A stretch of DNA of 64,000 nt from Phoronis australis (lineage: Eukaryota; Animalia; Phoronida): positions 479,267 to 543,266 of the forward strand of contig NMRA01000091.1 of assembly GCA_002633005.1 (NCBI GenBank), given 5' to 3'. Both the position numbers and the translations under genes were made by a program. The notes under the pieces were generated by a model. It was given only the letters and a program-made list of their open reading frames with translations, made no database searches and had not been told where the DNA came from. Below, piece after piece: positions 39,101 through 51,100 of this stretch. How positions within the stretch are numbered: position 1 is the stretch's first letter; every line of letters begins with the position of its first letter.

Positions 39101-42100
39101 TGTTGTGTACTGGCAATGATTTGCGTTGCACTTTGTATCCAGGTATGTACACGAGGGTGATCCTGTATTCGGCCATGTCTACACTGTTGGAGACTTTGTC
39201 CTGTTTGCTACGTACGTTGTGCAGCTGTACGGACCACTCAACTTTTTTGGCACCTACTACAGGTAAGCGGGTGATCAGTGGATCAGTAGTGCTAGTAGTT
39301 TGACCATGAGATTCAGTTACCTGAGCTTAAGGCATCACTCCTGTTTCTATAACAACATTAACATTGTCCTTCTCATTTGGGGTCGATTTTGGTCTGAGAG
39401 GTATACTCCTGTACTTCTCTTTAAGTTTCTCTGTTACTAAACCTCGAAAAAAGATCTGATCAAATACATATGCCACCCACTCACATTGTCGTGGTCCCTA
39501 TTAGGATTGAAGGATTTGATCTATGTCAGACTTTGGTGCACGACATACGCATGGTCGTTTTTCAAGTGCATGGTAGGATGGTCATTGGCTTGTAAATATC
39601 CATTGACATAACTGAAAACTTGGAGACATTTATGAAACTGCATTTTGTAGATGCATTTATATGGAGTAAAGCTAAATGTGATCATGTGCTTCGCTTGTAA
39701 TGTATGGCTATATCTACAAGTCATGTGTAATGCATGGCTACATCTTCAAGTCATATGTAATGCATGGTTATATCTTGACGGCATGTGTAATGCATGGTTA
39801 TATCTTGACGTCATGTGTAATGCATGGTTGTATCTTGACGTCATGTGTAATGCATGGCTGTATCTTGACGTCATGTGTAATGCATGGCTGTATCTTGACG
39901 TCATGTGTAATGTATGGCTATATCTTCAAGTCATGTGTAATGCATGGCTATATCTTCAAGTCATGTGTAATGCATGGTTATATCTTCAAGTCATGTGTAA
40001 TGCATGGCTATATCTTCAAGTCATGTGTAATGCATGGTTATATCTTGACGTCATGTGTAATGCGTGGTTATATCTTGACGTATGTGTAATGCATGGTTAT
40101 ATCTTGACGTCATGTGTAATGCATGGTTATATCTTGACGTCATGTGTAATGCATGGTTGTATCTTGACGTCATGTGTAATGCATGGCTGTATCTTGACGT
40201 CATGTGTAATGCATGGCTGTATCTTGACGTCATGTGTAATGTATGGCTATATCTTCAAGTCATGTGTAATGCATGGCTATATCTTCAAGTCATGTGTAAT
40301 GCATGGTTATATCTTCAAGTCATGTGTAATGCATGGCTATATCTTCAAGTCATGTGTAATGCATGGTTATATCTTGACGTCATGTGTAATGCATGGTTGT
40401 ATCTTGACGTCATGTGTAATGCATGGCTGTATCTTGACGTCATGTGTAATGCATGGCTGTATCTTGACGTCATGTGTAATGCATGGTTATATCTTCAAGT
40501 CATGTGTAATGCATGGCTATATCTTCAAGTCATGTGTAATGCATGGTTATATCTTCAAGTCATGTGTAATGCATGGCTATATCTTCAAGTCATGTGTAAT
40601 GCATGGTTATATCTTGACGTCATGTGTAATGCACAGCTATATCTTCAAGTCATGTATAATGCATGGTTATATCTTGACGTCATGTGTAATGCACAGCTAT
40701 ATCTTCGTGTCATGTGTAAGGCACGACTATATCTTTAAGTCATGTGTATTGCATGGCTATATCTTCAAGTCATGTGTAACAGTAATGCATGGCTTTATCT
40801 TGAAGTCATGTGAAGTACATTGCTTTTTCTTAAAGTCGTATGTAATACGTGGCTATATCTTGAAGTCATCTGTAATGCATTTCTATATCTTCAAGTCATG
40901 TGAAATCTTGTGCTTTTGTAAGTTCCTTGCGTCTATGGAGTGCAGACCAGTCATTTTTGAGATTTACTCAGGACAATACTTTTAGCATATGTTTTGCACA
41001 AAAGATAATCCAGGCATGAACCATTCAATTGCATTCATCATTCAATGCATTTGTATCTCACTGCAAGTTTTTATTTTCGTATGACTTCTATTTAGTCATA
41101 CACGTGCCAAAACATGTTGCAAGGAACCTGTTCTTTCAATTATTTAAAGCTCAAGTGTCAAGTGCTGTTTTCTGCCATATTGCTTACAATATATTGTCAC
41201 CAGGTTTTCTGTGGTGTCACTAGATGTTTACGAGCCGACATTTGTCTCATAATGTGTTTGAAAGTGACTGCAGCGCCATAGATGAAATTACCTGAATTAT
41301 GATGATCCAACTGCCACATGCACACGCACGCGCACGCACATGCACACACACACACACATACACACACACACACACACACACTTATCTGGTAATGATGTCT
41401 GAGGAGGATTCATGAACAACTAGTTAAAGAACCCATTGTTGGTCACCTGTTGCGCTGGTTGTAAGTGGTTTGTTTTTGAGATACGTAACTTCCTAAATCT
41501 CAATTTATGCATAGTCACCATGGGAAGAGAAGTAATATCAGTAACTTGCTTTAATCAGTTTCTCTTGTGTGCTCTGTTACCATGGTAACCGCTTTAGGTT
41601 ATGTAGGACCCTCGATAAATGGCCAAATTTGACAAAGTTTGGAACATCATGTATCAGAGATGGCTGATTGGATTCATATGAAACTTCCATATACCATGCT
41701 TGGTGCACTGTTCTCAAAAACTCTGTTAGGAATTGTTTTTAAAGTTTTCCGCTATCAAAGAGCAGGACTTTTATGAGTTTTTAACAAAACTTAAAAGTTG
41801 CATGAAACGAAAATGGAATATAATATTTTAGAGAACTGTAACAACATTTTTGAGATTTCATTTTGAACATTTAAATTGAACAAAATTTGTTCATGTTCTT
41901 GATACTATTGACATGGTCACGTGACCCAATTAATAGCCGATTGGTATAAAGTCAAAAATGTACACTCAGGCTTTCTACTTTGATATTAGAAAATACATAC
42001 TTTTACAGACTAATTTATAGTTTTATAGATATTTGGCTTTAAACGCTGACGAGTCGATAAGGCCCTACATAACTTTAAGGGACCTTCTTCCTGTTGTGTA

Positions 42101-45100
42101 TAGGGATACAATAGAGTGCCTGTGTGGTGTGTACTGTATACGATACAGGAGAATTCCTGTGTGGGGTGTGTACTGTATACGATACAGGAGAGTTCCTGTG
42201 TGGGGTGTGTGCAGTATAGGATACTAGAGAGTGTCTGTGGGGTGTGTTCAATATTACAGTATTGTCAACGCATGGTGGTCTACACACATCAAGTGTTTGA
42301 GTGTGACTGAATTCAGGTGCTGTCCTTCACTTGATTCTGCTCTCAAGAGTTGGAGCTGCTGTTACATATCTCCCACAAATAAACAGATTTAGGACGTGGT
42401 CACGAAGCTCGCCTTTGGACACAACCAAAAAATAGCAACGGCATGCTGTTTTTAGGGAATGCCCAGATATTTTTCCTTTGAAAGTTGTGGTTGCCCTCCT
42501 TTATGACATCCGAGGTTAGCCAGTACCCACAAACCTCTATTTTAAGCATGTACGGTTCAGGTTTGCTGTGATCCATTGTCTGTTTATGTCTATTGTAATG
42601 TAATGAAATGTCTGTTTTCAGGATGATTCAACAGTCCTTTGTAGACATGGAGAACATGTTTGATTTGCTGAATGAGAAGCAAGAAGTGAGTAATGCTGCT
42701 TTGGTTAAGCTAAACTTGATACATGGCGCATTTGAACATTTTGTGTAGGACTTAATCCTTGAATTAGTCTACACATAAAAGATGTCATGACAACTGATTG
42801 TTCATTAGCGAAAGCAACCTATAAGTGGTCAGATATTGTACAGCTGTCGTCACCAAGCACAGTGAAATTAATGTGGAAATTGCATGCTAATTCCTTATTT
42901 CTGTAATTTCTTGGTGAAATTAGCTAGAAACACAACATATAGCGATGATGTGAATGTGAAGTAGGTTGAAAATTGCCATAATTTTTTTAAGAACCAGTTT
43001 TGTGTCGAAAATGATCTGCCCTGAATCACTCAACCGTGTCCTATAAGTATCATGACGGAAATAACACTGCATGATGCGAGCTATGTGCAAAGGTCACCTA
43101 TTTGCAGAAGCTTTGTTTTCACATTTACAAGTTGTCAACTGATTGACAGGGTACTCATTTATAAAGTGATATCACATATTACTGACCACGACATTTATTT
43201 TATTTCTTTTAGGTAAAAGACATCCCAAATGCCCCAGAATTGGTGGTCACTAAGGGATTGATTGAATTCAATCACGTCAACTTTCATTATGAACCTAGGT
43301 GAGTTACGCATGCACTGTTATTGGATTTGCAAAACCACTTTCTTAATACAGTAACATAATTTCTAAAATTCATTGGTCTATTTACACTAGCCTGTAGCCT
43401 ATTTACATTGGCACTATGCTTCAGACATTTCTTCGCCCATCTTCAGGTGTCCTTAGATGAGTACTTAGATTGCTCCAGTTTCCATGCCTGTTCTTCTAAA
43501 AGGGCAGTGACACCTGAAGATATCCGGAGAAATGACAGACGGAATCACCGTGTTAATCTGAATCGGCTAGAAGTTGATGTAAATAGATTTTAGAAACGAT
43601 GTTACTGTTGGAGATAACCACTTGCAAACAGTTCTTTGTGAAACCAGTGGTCTTGATAATTAACAGAGCCAACTCCAGTTGTTCATAATCAACGTTTTGG
43701 TCTTAACCACAAAATCATCATTGTCATTATTAGACAGTGTTAGACAGTTTGACACTAATCCATAAATACAATACTTGACCTCAAAGTGCTCTGTGTGTTT
43801 ATGTCACTAGCACTTACGTGCAAATGAGCGATTTAGGAATGTCTCAGTATCTGTTGACCTGATCAACAGCACAACATTTGAAAAGCTTGGAATCTGGCTG
43901 CCCAAACTTCAAGTGACGTTGTACCATCCTTTAGCTGAAGAAATTAAAGAAAATAAATGGCACTTTTACTTGAACAGAAAATAAAGGCTGACTACCACAA
44001 CACACTGTCAAGAATTTCTCTGTGTTTACAGTACTCTGTTTGTGCTTCTCTGACATTTTGTAGCTCAATTTGAGCTGGTCGAACTCTCCTGTCTAATCGT
44101 GTATTGATGATCATCACCACATACGACTCACATGACTGGGGTATTATTCATTAAACTAAAATAATAGCGAATACAAGAGATTATGCGTGATGTAAGGTAA
44201 TATCAATGCATTTCTTTCTCTTTTATTGTTTAAAAGTCGACCTATCCTGAAAGACGTCTCATTTGTTGTACCACCTGGGCAGACATTCGCCTTGGTTGGA
44301 CACACAGGCTCTGGCAAAAGTACAGTGATCAGACTACTGTTCAGGTTCTATGACCTCCAGGAAGGGGTCATCAGGATTGATGGACAGGATATCAGCAAGG
44401 TGGGTGGAGCTTCAGAGTGGAGTTTCTAGCACTTCGATGTGAGATTTAAAAATCTACTCTGTATTTTTCTGCTACTTTAGCTCTCAAAAGTATGAAAATT
44501 GACTGGTAGTTATTTCTGACATAGCCAAAATCACACTTGTAGAATTCAGGTCGCAATTATAAGTTCCAAAATGTGAAATTCATAGTTGCCATCAACCAAT
44601 TGAAGAAGTGGGAGTGTTTGATGAAGTGCAGCCATCCAAAGGAGACGAAACCGCAGACTTCTTTAATCTTATTCCTACCAACGAGTGTGAGTTGGAGTGA
44701 CATGTGTGCCATTGGATAAGACAGAAGTTTTGGTCAATGCTTGTGTTGGTATTCCTATGCCTGGCAGTTTTCATTTTGCATTTTATTTGGCAACCCTTAA
44801 GTTAACTGAGTCGGTGTATTTTTAAAATAATAGGATCACATGAGTTGCTTCTGTTGTTGTGGTCTGATATAATTCCCAAGTTGACTAATGCGAGTTGGCC
44901 AAAATCTTAGCTTGTATTTCCAAATTTCAGGCAGCCTGCAGGCTGTAACCTAATGTTCTTTTGGAATTTCCCCCCAGCAATATTGGCTATCATAAAGGAT
45001 ATCAAAACCAAGCTACATTGCACCTTGTTTAGCTAGCTTAATACAAAAATGGAATGAGGCTTCAGTCTCATCAAATTGGCCCCAAAATAATCCTTACCAC

Positions 45101-48100
45101 AATAGGGTTCTATTTTCCTTACCAACAAAACATTGATACCATCAGCGACTCCAGAAAACACACTTCAGAGTTGATCTGGTTGGCCGACCCTGAAATTGCA
45201 AATTCCATTCATGTGTGCATTGGTAATTGAAATATAATCTATTACGATCAGGGATATTATTAGACCGATTTTATGAGATTTTCAGAGTGACCTAATTCCA
45301 TTTTCGTTTTTAACCTGATAAACATGGCGAAATGCAGTTTAATTTACTGTTGGTCAATTTTTGCTATTGATTTTTTGGTTATTGACACATATTTTGAATT
45401 GGTGAATTCAAACATTGACTATATTTCAATATAATATTATTTGCTTTAGGTTGAGCAAGAATCTCTTCGTAAAGCAGTGGGAGTTGTGCCTCAAGATACA
45501 GTGCTCTTCAACAATGATATCAGGTTTGTAAATGGTGCTCTGTAACAATGATATCAGGTTTGTAAATGGTGCTCTTCAACAATGATATCAGGTTTGTAAA
45601 TGGTGCTCTGTAACAATGATATCAGGTTTGTAAATGGTGCTCTGTAACAATGATATCAGGTTTGTAAATGGTGCTCTGTAACAATGACATTAGATTTGTA
45701 TATATGTTGCTCAATGGTATCAAGTTTTTATATGGTACTCTTTTAACAATGATATCAGTTTGTATACAGTCCTCTTGAACAATGATATGATTGTGGTTGT
45801 CTCTTCTCACGTCTTTGTTGTTGTCTGGAAAAATTGTTAGTCAGGACGATTTAGTTTGTTTTGCCCGAATTTTTTTGAGAAATTTGTCGATGCAAGTCTT
45901 GTTTTCATTCTTTCTTGTGCACTGTTCTAAATAACGACCTCTCACATCAGAACCGTGTGAATTGATGTTGCCGTTTTGGGTTGCGTGATACAACAGCAAA
46001 TCTATTTAATAGAAAAATAGTTACACTTTAGGCTCAGTCTTGAAGGTAATGTACTGCATCTGCACATCTACAAAACTATAGAATTAAGCTCGGGAATATT
46101 TGGCTGAAATTAGAACACCTGTAGAACTGGATTTTTGGCTTAAATACCAGTCTGTCATTCTTTGGGTCACGTGACCGTGTCTTTTTGACGTCAAAAAACA
46201 AAGGTACATTCAGAGCAAACTAAGAGCTGCATAAATAAGATGACCAAAATTTATTTGATGTAAAATTTGAAAATGAATTCTCAAAAACTATTTTATTCAC
46301 TTTGTTTTCACTTTGGTTTTTCATCGGTCATAAAATCCTTACATCTGACTAAGTTGGTGAATGTCTTTTGTATTTTGAAAGTCCAAACATGCTTTCTACA
46401 TTTTGGTGGCAGCGGTGTCCAGAAATTTACGTCTGGGTGAAAGATCCTAAGGTTAATTATTCACGTTTTCGTGATAAACGTTCTTATGCAACTAAGTAGT
46501 TTCTGACGATATTTCTAATGAGCACTACCTTTACGTACAAGGCAGATGAGTTTGTGGTAGTAGATTGTGTTGTAGGTAGTTTTCTTGTAAAAACAGTCTG
46601 GTGCACAAAAATCTGAAACCTTATGCTGCCAATTTGAAATTAATCCTTCGTTGCCAACTTCCCGTTCCTCCTATGTGACTTTAGAGTTCTTGGCTTGAAT
46701 ATTTTTTTTAATTACAAAAACAAACAAACAAATAAGTACACCATTCATTCATGCATGCACACCTCAGGAAGACCATTCTCGTATCTCATTTAAAGTAAAT
46801 ATCTTCTACATGTAGTTAACATGAACAATAAAATTTTCCCATTTCGCAGAGAAGCTGTCATATACAAAGTTTTTATATGCAATCTTGGCTTGAAGTTGGT
46901 AAGAATTACAAAATAGACCTTGTATTGGAATATTTTTGGCAGTTTGGGGTAAAAAAGAAATTTGAGAGAATGGTGTTGAGTGTTCATAATATGGAGTCTG
47001 TCCAGGTGCAAGGTCTGTTTTCATAGTATTTTATTACTGTCTTGACTATATTCCTGTCACCAAGTTCATGGATTCACTGTTTCACAGACAGTGTTATGGT
47101 TATGTAAGACAGTAGGAAAATGTCCAAATTTGGATAGCTTTGGAACAACATATCTCAGAAATGGCTGATTGGAATCATAGGAAACTTTCAGGTATACTGT
47201 TCCCCAAAACTCTGCTAGGAATTCTTTTCAAAATGTTCCACTTTTGCTTGAAGGCTATCGGAAAATGGGACTTTTATGGAAGTCATGAAAATATTCTAAA
47301 GTTGGATAAAACAAAATGGTAATTTAAAAAACTGTAACCACGTTTTTGAGATTTGGCGGATGTTTTTGATGATGTTGTTTAGCTATCAATGAATGTACTT
47401 TCCATTTAATTGCTAAATTTAACTAAAAGGCACCGTCATGTGACCCTGTTAATGACAGAATCTTAAAAAGTCCAAGTTCAAATTTTACAGGCTTTCCATT
47501 TTCAAAAAATATACACTCTTACCAATTTAAATCTTATATTTTTAGATATTAGTCTAAATACACAGTCATGCCAATAAGCTCCTAAATAACCTTGATGATA
47601 TTTCTTTAGTACTATTTTAATACAGATACAACATTCGTTATGGACGTGTTACCGCTGAAGATGAAGAAGTGGACGATGCTGCAAGATATGCGGACATTCA
47701 TGACAGAATATTGACATTCCCAGATGGTACCTATAAGCAATATAAAATTCACTAGGTGGTGCTGGTGGAACAAGGGTGCCACCTACAGGAGTGCATGTGG
47801 TCAGATCCCTTAACTTCCCAATGCTGATCAACAGCTTTCTGATCTTGGTCTGTTGTGGCAATGAAAAGTGTGACCATTCTTCAGCAGCTCCACCTAGTGA
47901 ATACTGAGTTGCTTTAGAGCATGTCAGTGCTCGACACTTCGCTTAATGCCTGCCCACCAAACGCGACTTGGCAAAAAACCCAATTCGCCAAATGAAAACT
48001 GAGGTTGTCAAAACAGTCAGAGGTCAACGACCTAAAAACGTGCCATTGTCAGAATGACTTTTCTCGTAAATGTGTAAATATGCACTAATCAATTTCTAAC

Positions 48101-51100
48101 CCAATTCCTATTACTAAGACAGATGATTGGGTACACTGAAGGTGTGTGTTTCATGGTACGATCTTGTCTGATGTTTGCCGAACAATTCCGACTTTCGTCT
48201 CTTTACTTCCTGCATTTGTAATTTAAGCATGTGCTTGATATGTGGTAACTGCTGAGGGTGGCAAACCTGCTGATTTCACAAAATAAACTGAGCATTTGTG
48301 AACCAAAGGTATTGAATCTAGAAAAAATGATATTAATTTAAATTTTGGAAGTAAACACAAATTTTGAAACGAATTTCGGGTGAATCTTTGTCCGACTTGT
48401 TTGATATTCGCTGTGGCGACTTGGGATTTATCCCAGGTCATCAAACACAATTTGAAGTCTCATTGGCGATCTGCAAGTTGCCAAATCGAGCACTGTAATA
48501 CATATTTGCAGTGTGAAATTCATGAGATGATGAGAACATCGGCTATTTACTCATGCTGTCTTTTTTGAGAACTTGTATTTGGTTGTGCTAAAACTGAGCA
48601 TTCTGTATAATGTTTTATTGCAGCATTGGATGTTGCCTAAGATGGAGCATGCCATAACCTTCGATGTGAATTAAAATAGTTTTTGATTTACATTTCATAA
48701 ATCCCTGAGGTTTATTAAAGATACCATCTGTACACATTATATGCGAGGAAAGGGTGAAATTGAATTTGTGACACAGTAAACATCTTTCGTCCATTTTCAG
48801 GTTATAAGACCCTAGTTGGTGAGAGAGGTCTCAAGTTGAGTGGAGGAGAGAAACAAAGAGTGGCCATTGCTAGGACTATACTGAAAGCTCCAGCATTTGT
48901 CCTGTTGGATGAGGTGAGTCTTGATGCAATAATGATATTGTGTTCAAGATTTAGTTTTATATAATAAATTATTTTTAACCTAACTAATGAAATTTAGTCA
49001 TTTAAGTCCTCGGTCTTGTGAGTTGTCAACTCCGCGACCCAAATATTTTCAGTAGTTATTACATCTCTTGAGAGGGTCTAATGCTTCAGCAATCTATTCG
49101 CGAGTGCCAGCCTTCGTGCAGTGTTCACCTACTACATTCAAATTCAAATCAAGATGTTGGCTCATAGTCNNNNNNNNNNNNNNNNNNNNNNNNNNNNNNN
49201 NNNNNNNNNNNNNNNNNNNNNNNNNNNNNNNNNNNNNNNNNNNNNNNNNNNNNNNNNNNNNNNNNNNNNNNNNNNNNNNNNNNNNNNNNNNNNNNNNNNN
49301 NNNNNNNNNNNNNNNNNNNNNNNNNNNNNNNNNNNNNNNNNNNNNNNNNNNNNNNNNNNNNNNNNNNNNNNNNNNNNNNNNNNNNNNNNNNNNNNNNNNN
49401 NNNNNNNNNNNNNNNNNNNNNNNNNNNNNNNNNNNNNNNNNNNNNNNNNNNNNNNNNNNNNNNNNNNNNNNNNNNNNNNNNNNNNNNNNNNNNNNNNNNN
49501 NNNNNNNNNNNNNNNNNNNNNNNNNNNNNNNNNNNNNNNNNNNNNNNNNNNNNNNNNNNNNNNNNNNNNNNNNNNNNNNNNNNNNNNNNNNNNNNNNNNN
49601 NNNNNNNNNNNNNNNNNNNNNTACAAGGCAGATGAGTTTGTGGTAGTAGATTGTGTTGTAGGTAGTTTTCTTGTAAAAACAGTCTGGTGCACAAAAATCT
49701 GAAACCTTATGCTGCCAATTTGAAATTAATCCTTCATTGCCAACTTCCCGTTCCTCCTATGTGACTTTAGAGTTCTTGGCTTGAATATTTTTTTTAATTA
49801 CAAAAACAAACAAACAAATAAGTACACCATTCATTCACGCATGCACACCTCAGGAAGACCATTCTCGTATCTCATTTAAAGTAAATATCTTCTAAATGTA
49901 GTTAACATGAAAAATAAAATTTTCCCATTTTGCAGTGAAGCTGTCATATACAAAGTTTTTATATGCAATCTTGGCTTGAAGTTGGTAAGAATTACAAAAT
50001 AGACCTTGTATTGGAATATTTTTGGCAGTTTGGGGTAAAAAAGAAATTTGAGAGAATGGTGTTGAATGTTCATAATGTGGAGTCTGTTCAGGTGCTGGCT
50101 CTGTTTTCATAGTATTTTATTACTGTCTTGACTATATTCCTGTCACCAAGTTCATGGATTCACTGTTTCACAGACAGTGTTATGGTTATGTAAGACAGTA
50201 GGAAAATGTCCAAATTTGGATAGCTTTGGAACAACGTATCTCAGAAATGGCTGATTGGAATGTTAGGAAACTTTCAGGTATACTGTTCCCCAAAACTCTG
50301 CTAGGAATTCTTTTCAAAATGTTCCACTTTTGCTCGAAGGCTATCGGAAAATGGGACTTTTATGGAAGTCATGAAAATATTCTAAAGTTGGATAAAACAA
50401 AATGGTAATTTAGAAACCGAATGAAATTTGGTGGAGGTTTTTGGTGCTGTTGTTTAGCTATCAATGTACCTTCCATTTAATTTTACTAAACTGCACGGTT
50501 GTGTGACCCTGTTAATGGCAGATTCTAAAAAAGTCAAAATTCAAATTTTACAGGCTTTTTCAAAAAATATACACTTTTACCTATTTAAATTTTGTATTTT
50601 TAGATATTAGTTGAAATACACAGTCATGCCAATAAGCTCCTAAATAACCTTGACGATATTTCTTTAATACTATTTTAATACAGATACAACATTCGTTATG
50701 GACGTGTTACCGCTGAAGATGAAGAAGTGGACGATGCTGCAAGATACGCGGACATTCATGACAGAATATTGACATTCCCAGACGGTACCTATTAGCAACA
50801 TGAAATTCACTAGGTGGTGCTGATGGAACAAGGGTGCCACCTACAGGAGTGCATGGGGTCAGATCCCTTAACTTCCCAATGCTGATCAACAGCTCTCTGA
50901 TCGTGGTCTGTTGTGGCAATGAAAAGTGTGACCATTCTTCAGCAGCTCCACCTAGTGAATACTGAGTTGCTTTAGAGCATGTCAGTGCTCGACACTTCGC
51001 TTAATGCCTGCCCACCAAACGCGACTTGGCATGATATTAATTTAAATTTTGGAAGTAAACACAAATTTTGAAACGAATTTCGGGTGAATCTTTGTCTGAC

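Noticed and set aside
39690-40900. Regularly spaced repeats superficially like a CRISPR array (also 45501-45700)
   Set aside because: Head-to-tail units with no unique spacers, no cas genes, and a eukaryotic intron context.
39651-40985. 444-aa Cys/His/Met-rich repetitive ORF and overlapping ORFs, tempting as a metal-binding protein inside a metal transporter gene
   Set aside because: It is the translation of a 30-bp intronic minisatellite. A 1-bp deletion at ~40082 switches frame without consequence, and there is no unique coding sequence.
49068-49702. Long ORFs containing X runs (also 60505-61534)
   Set aside because: Artefacts of translating through N gaps.
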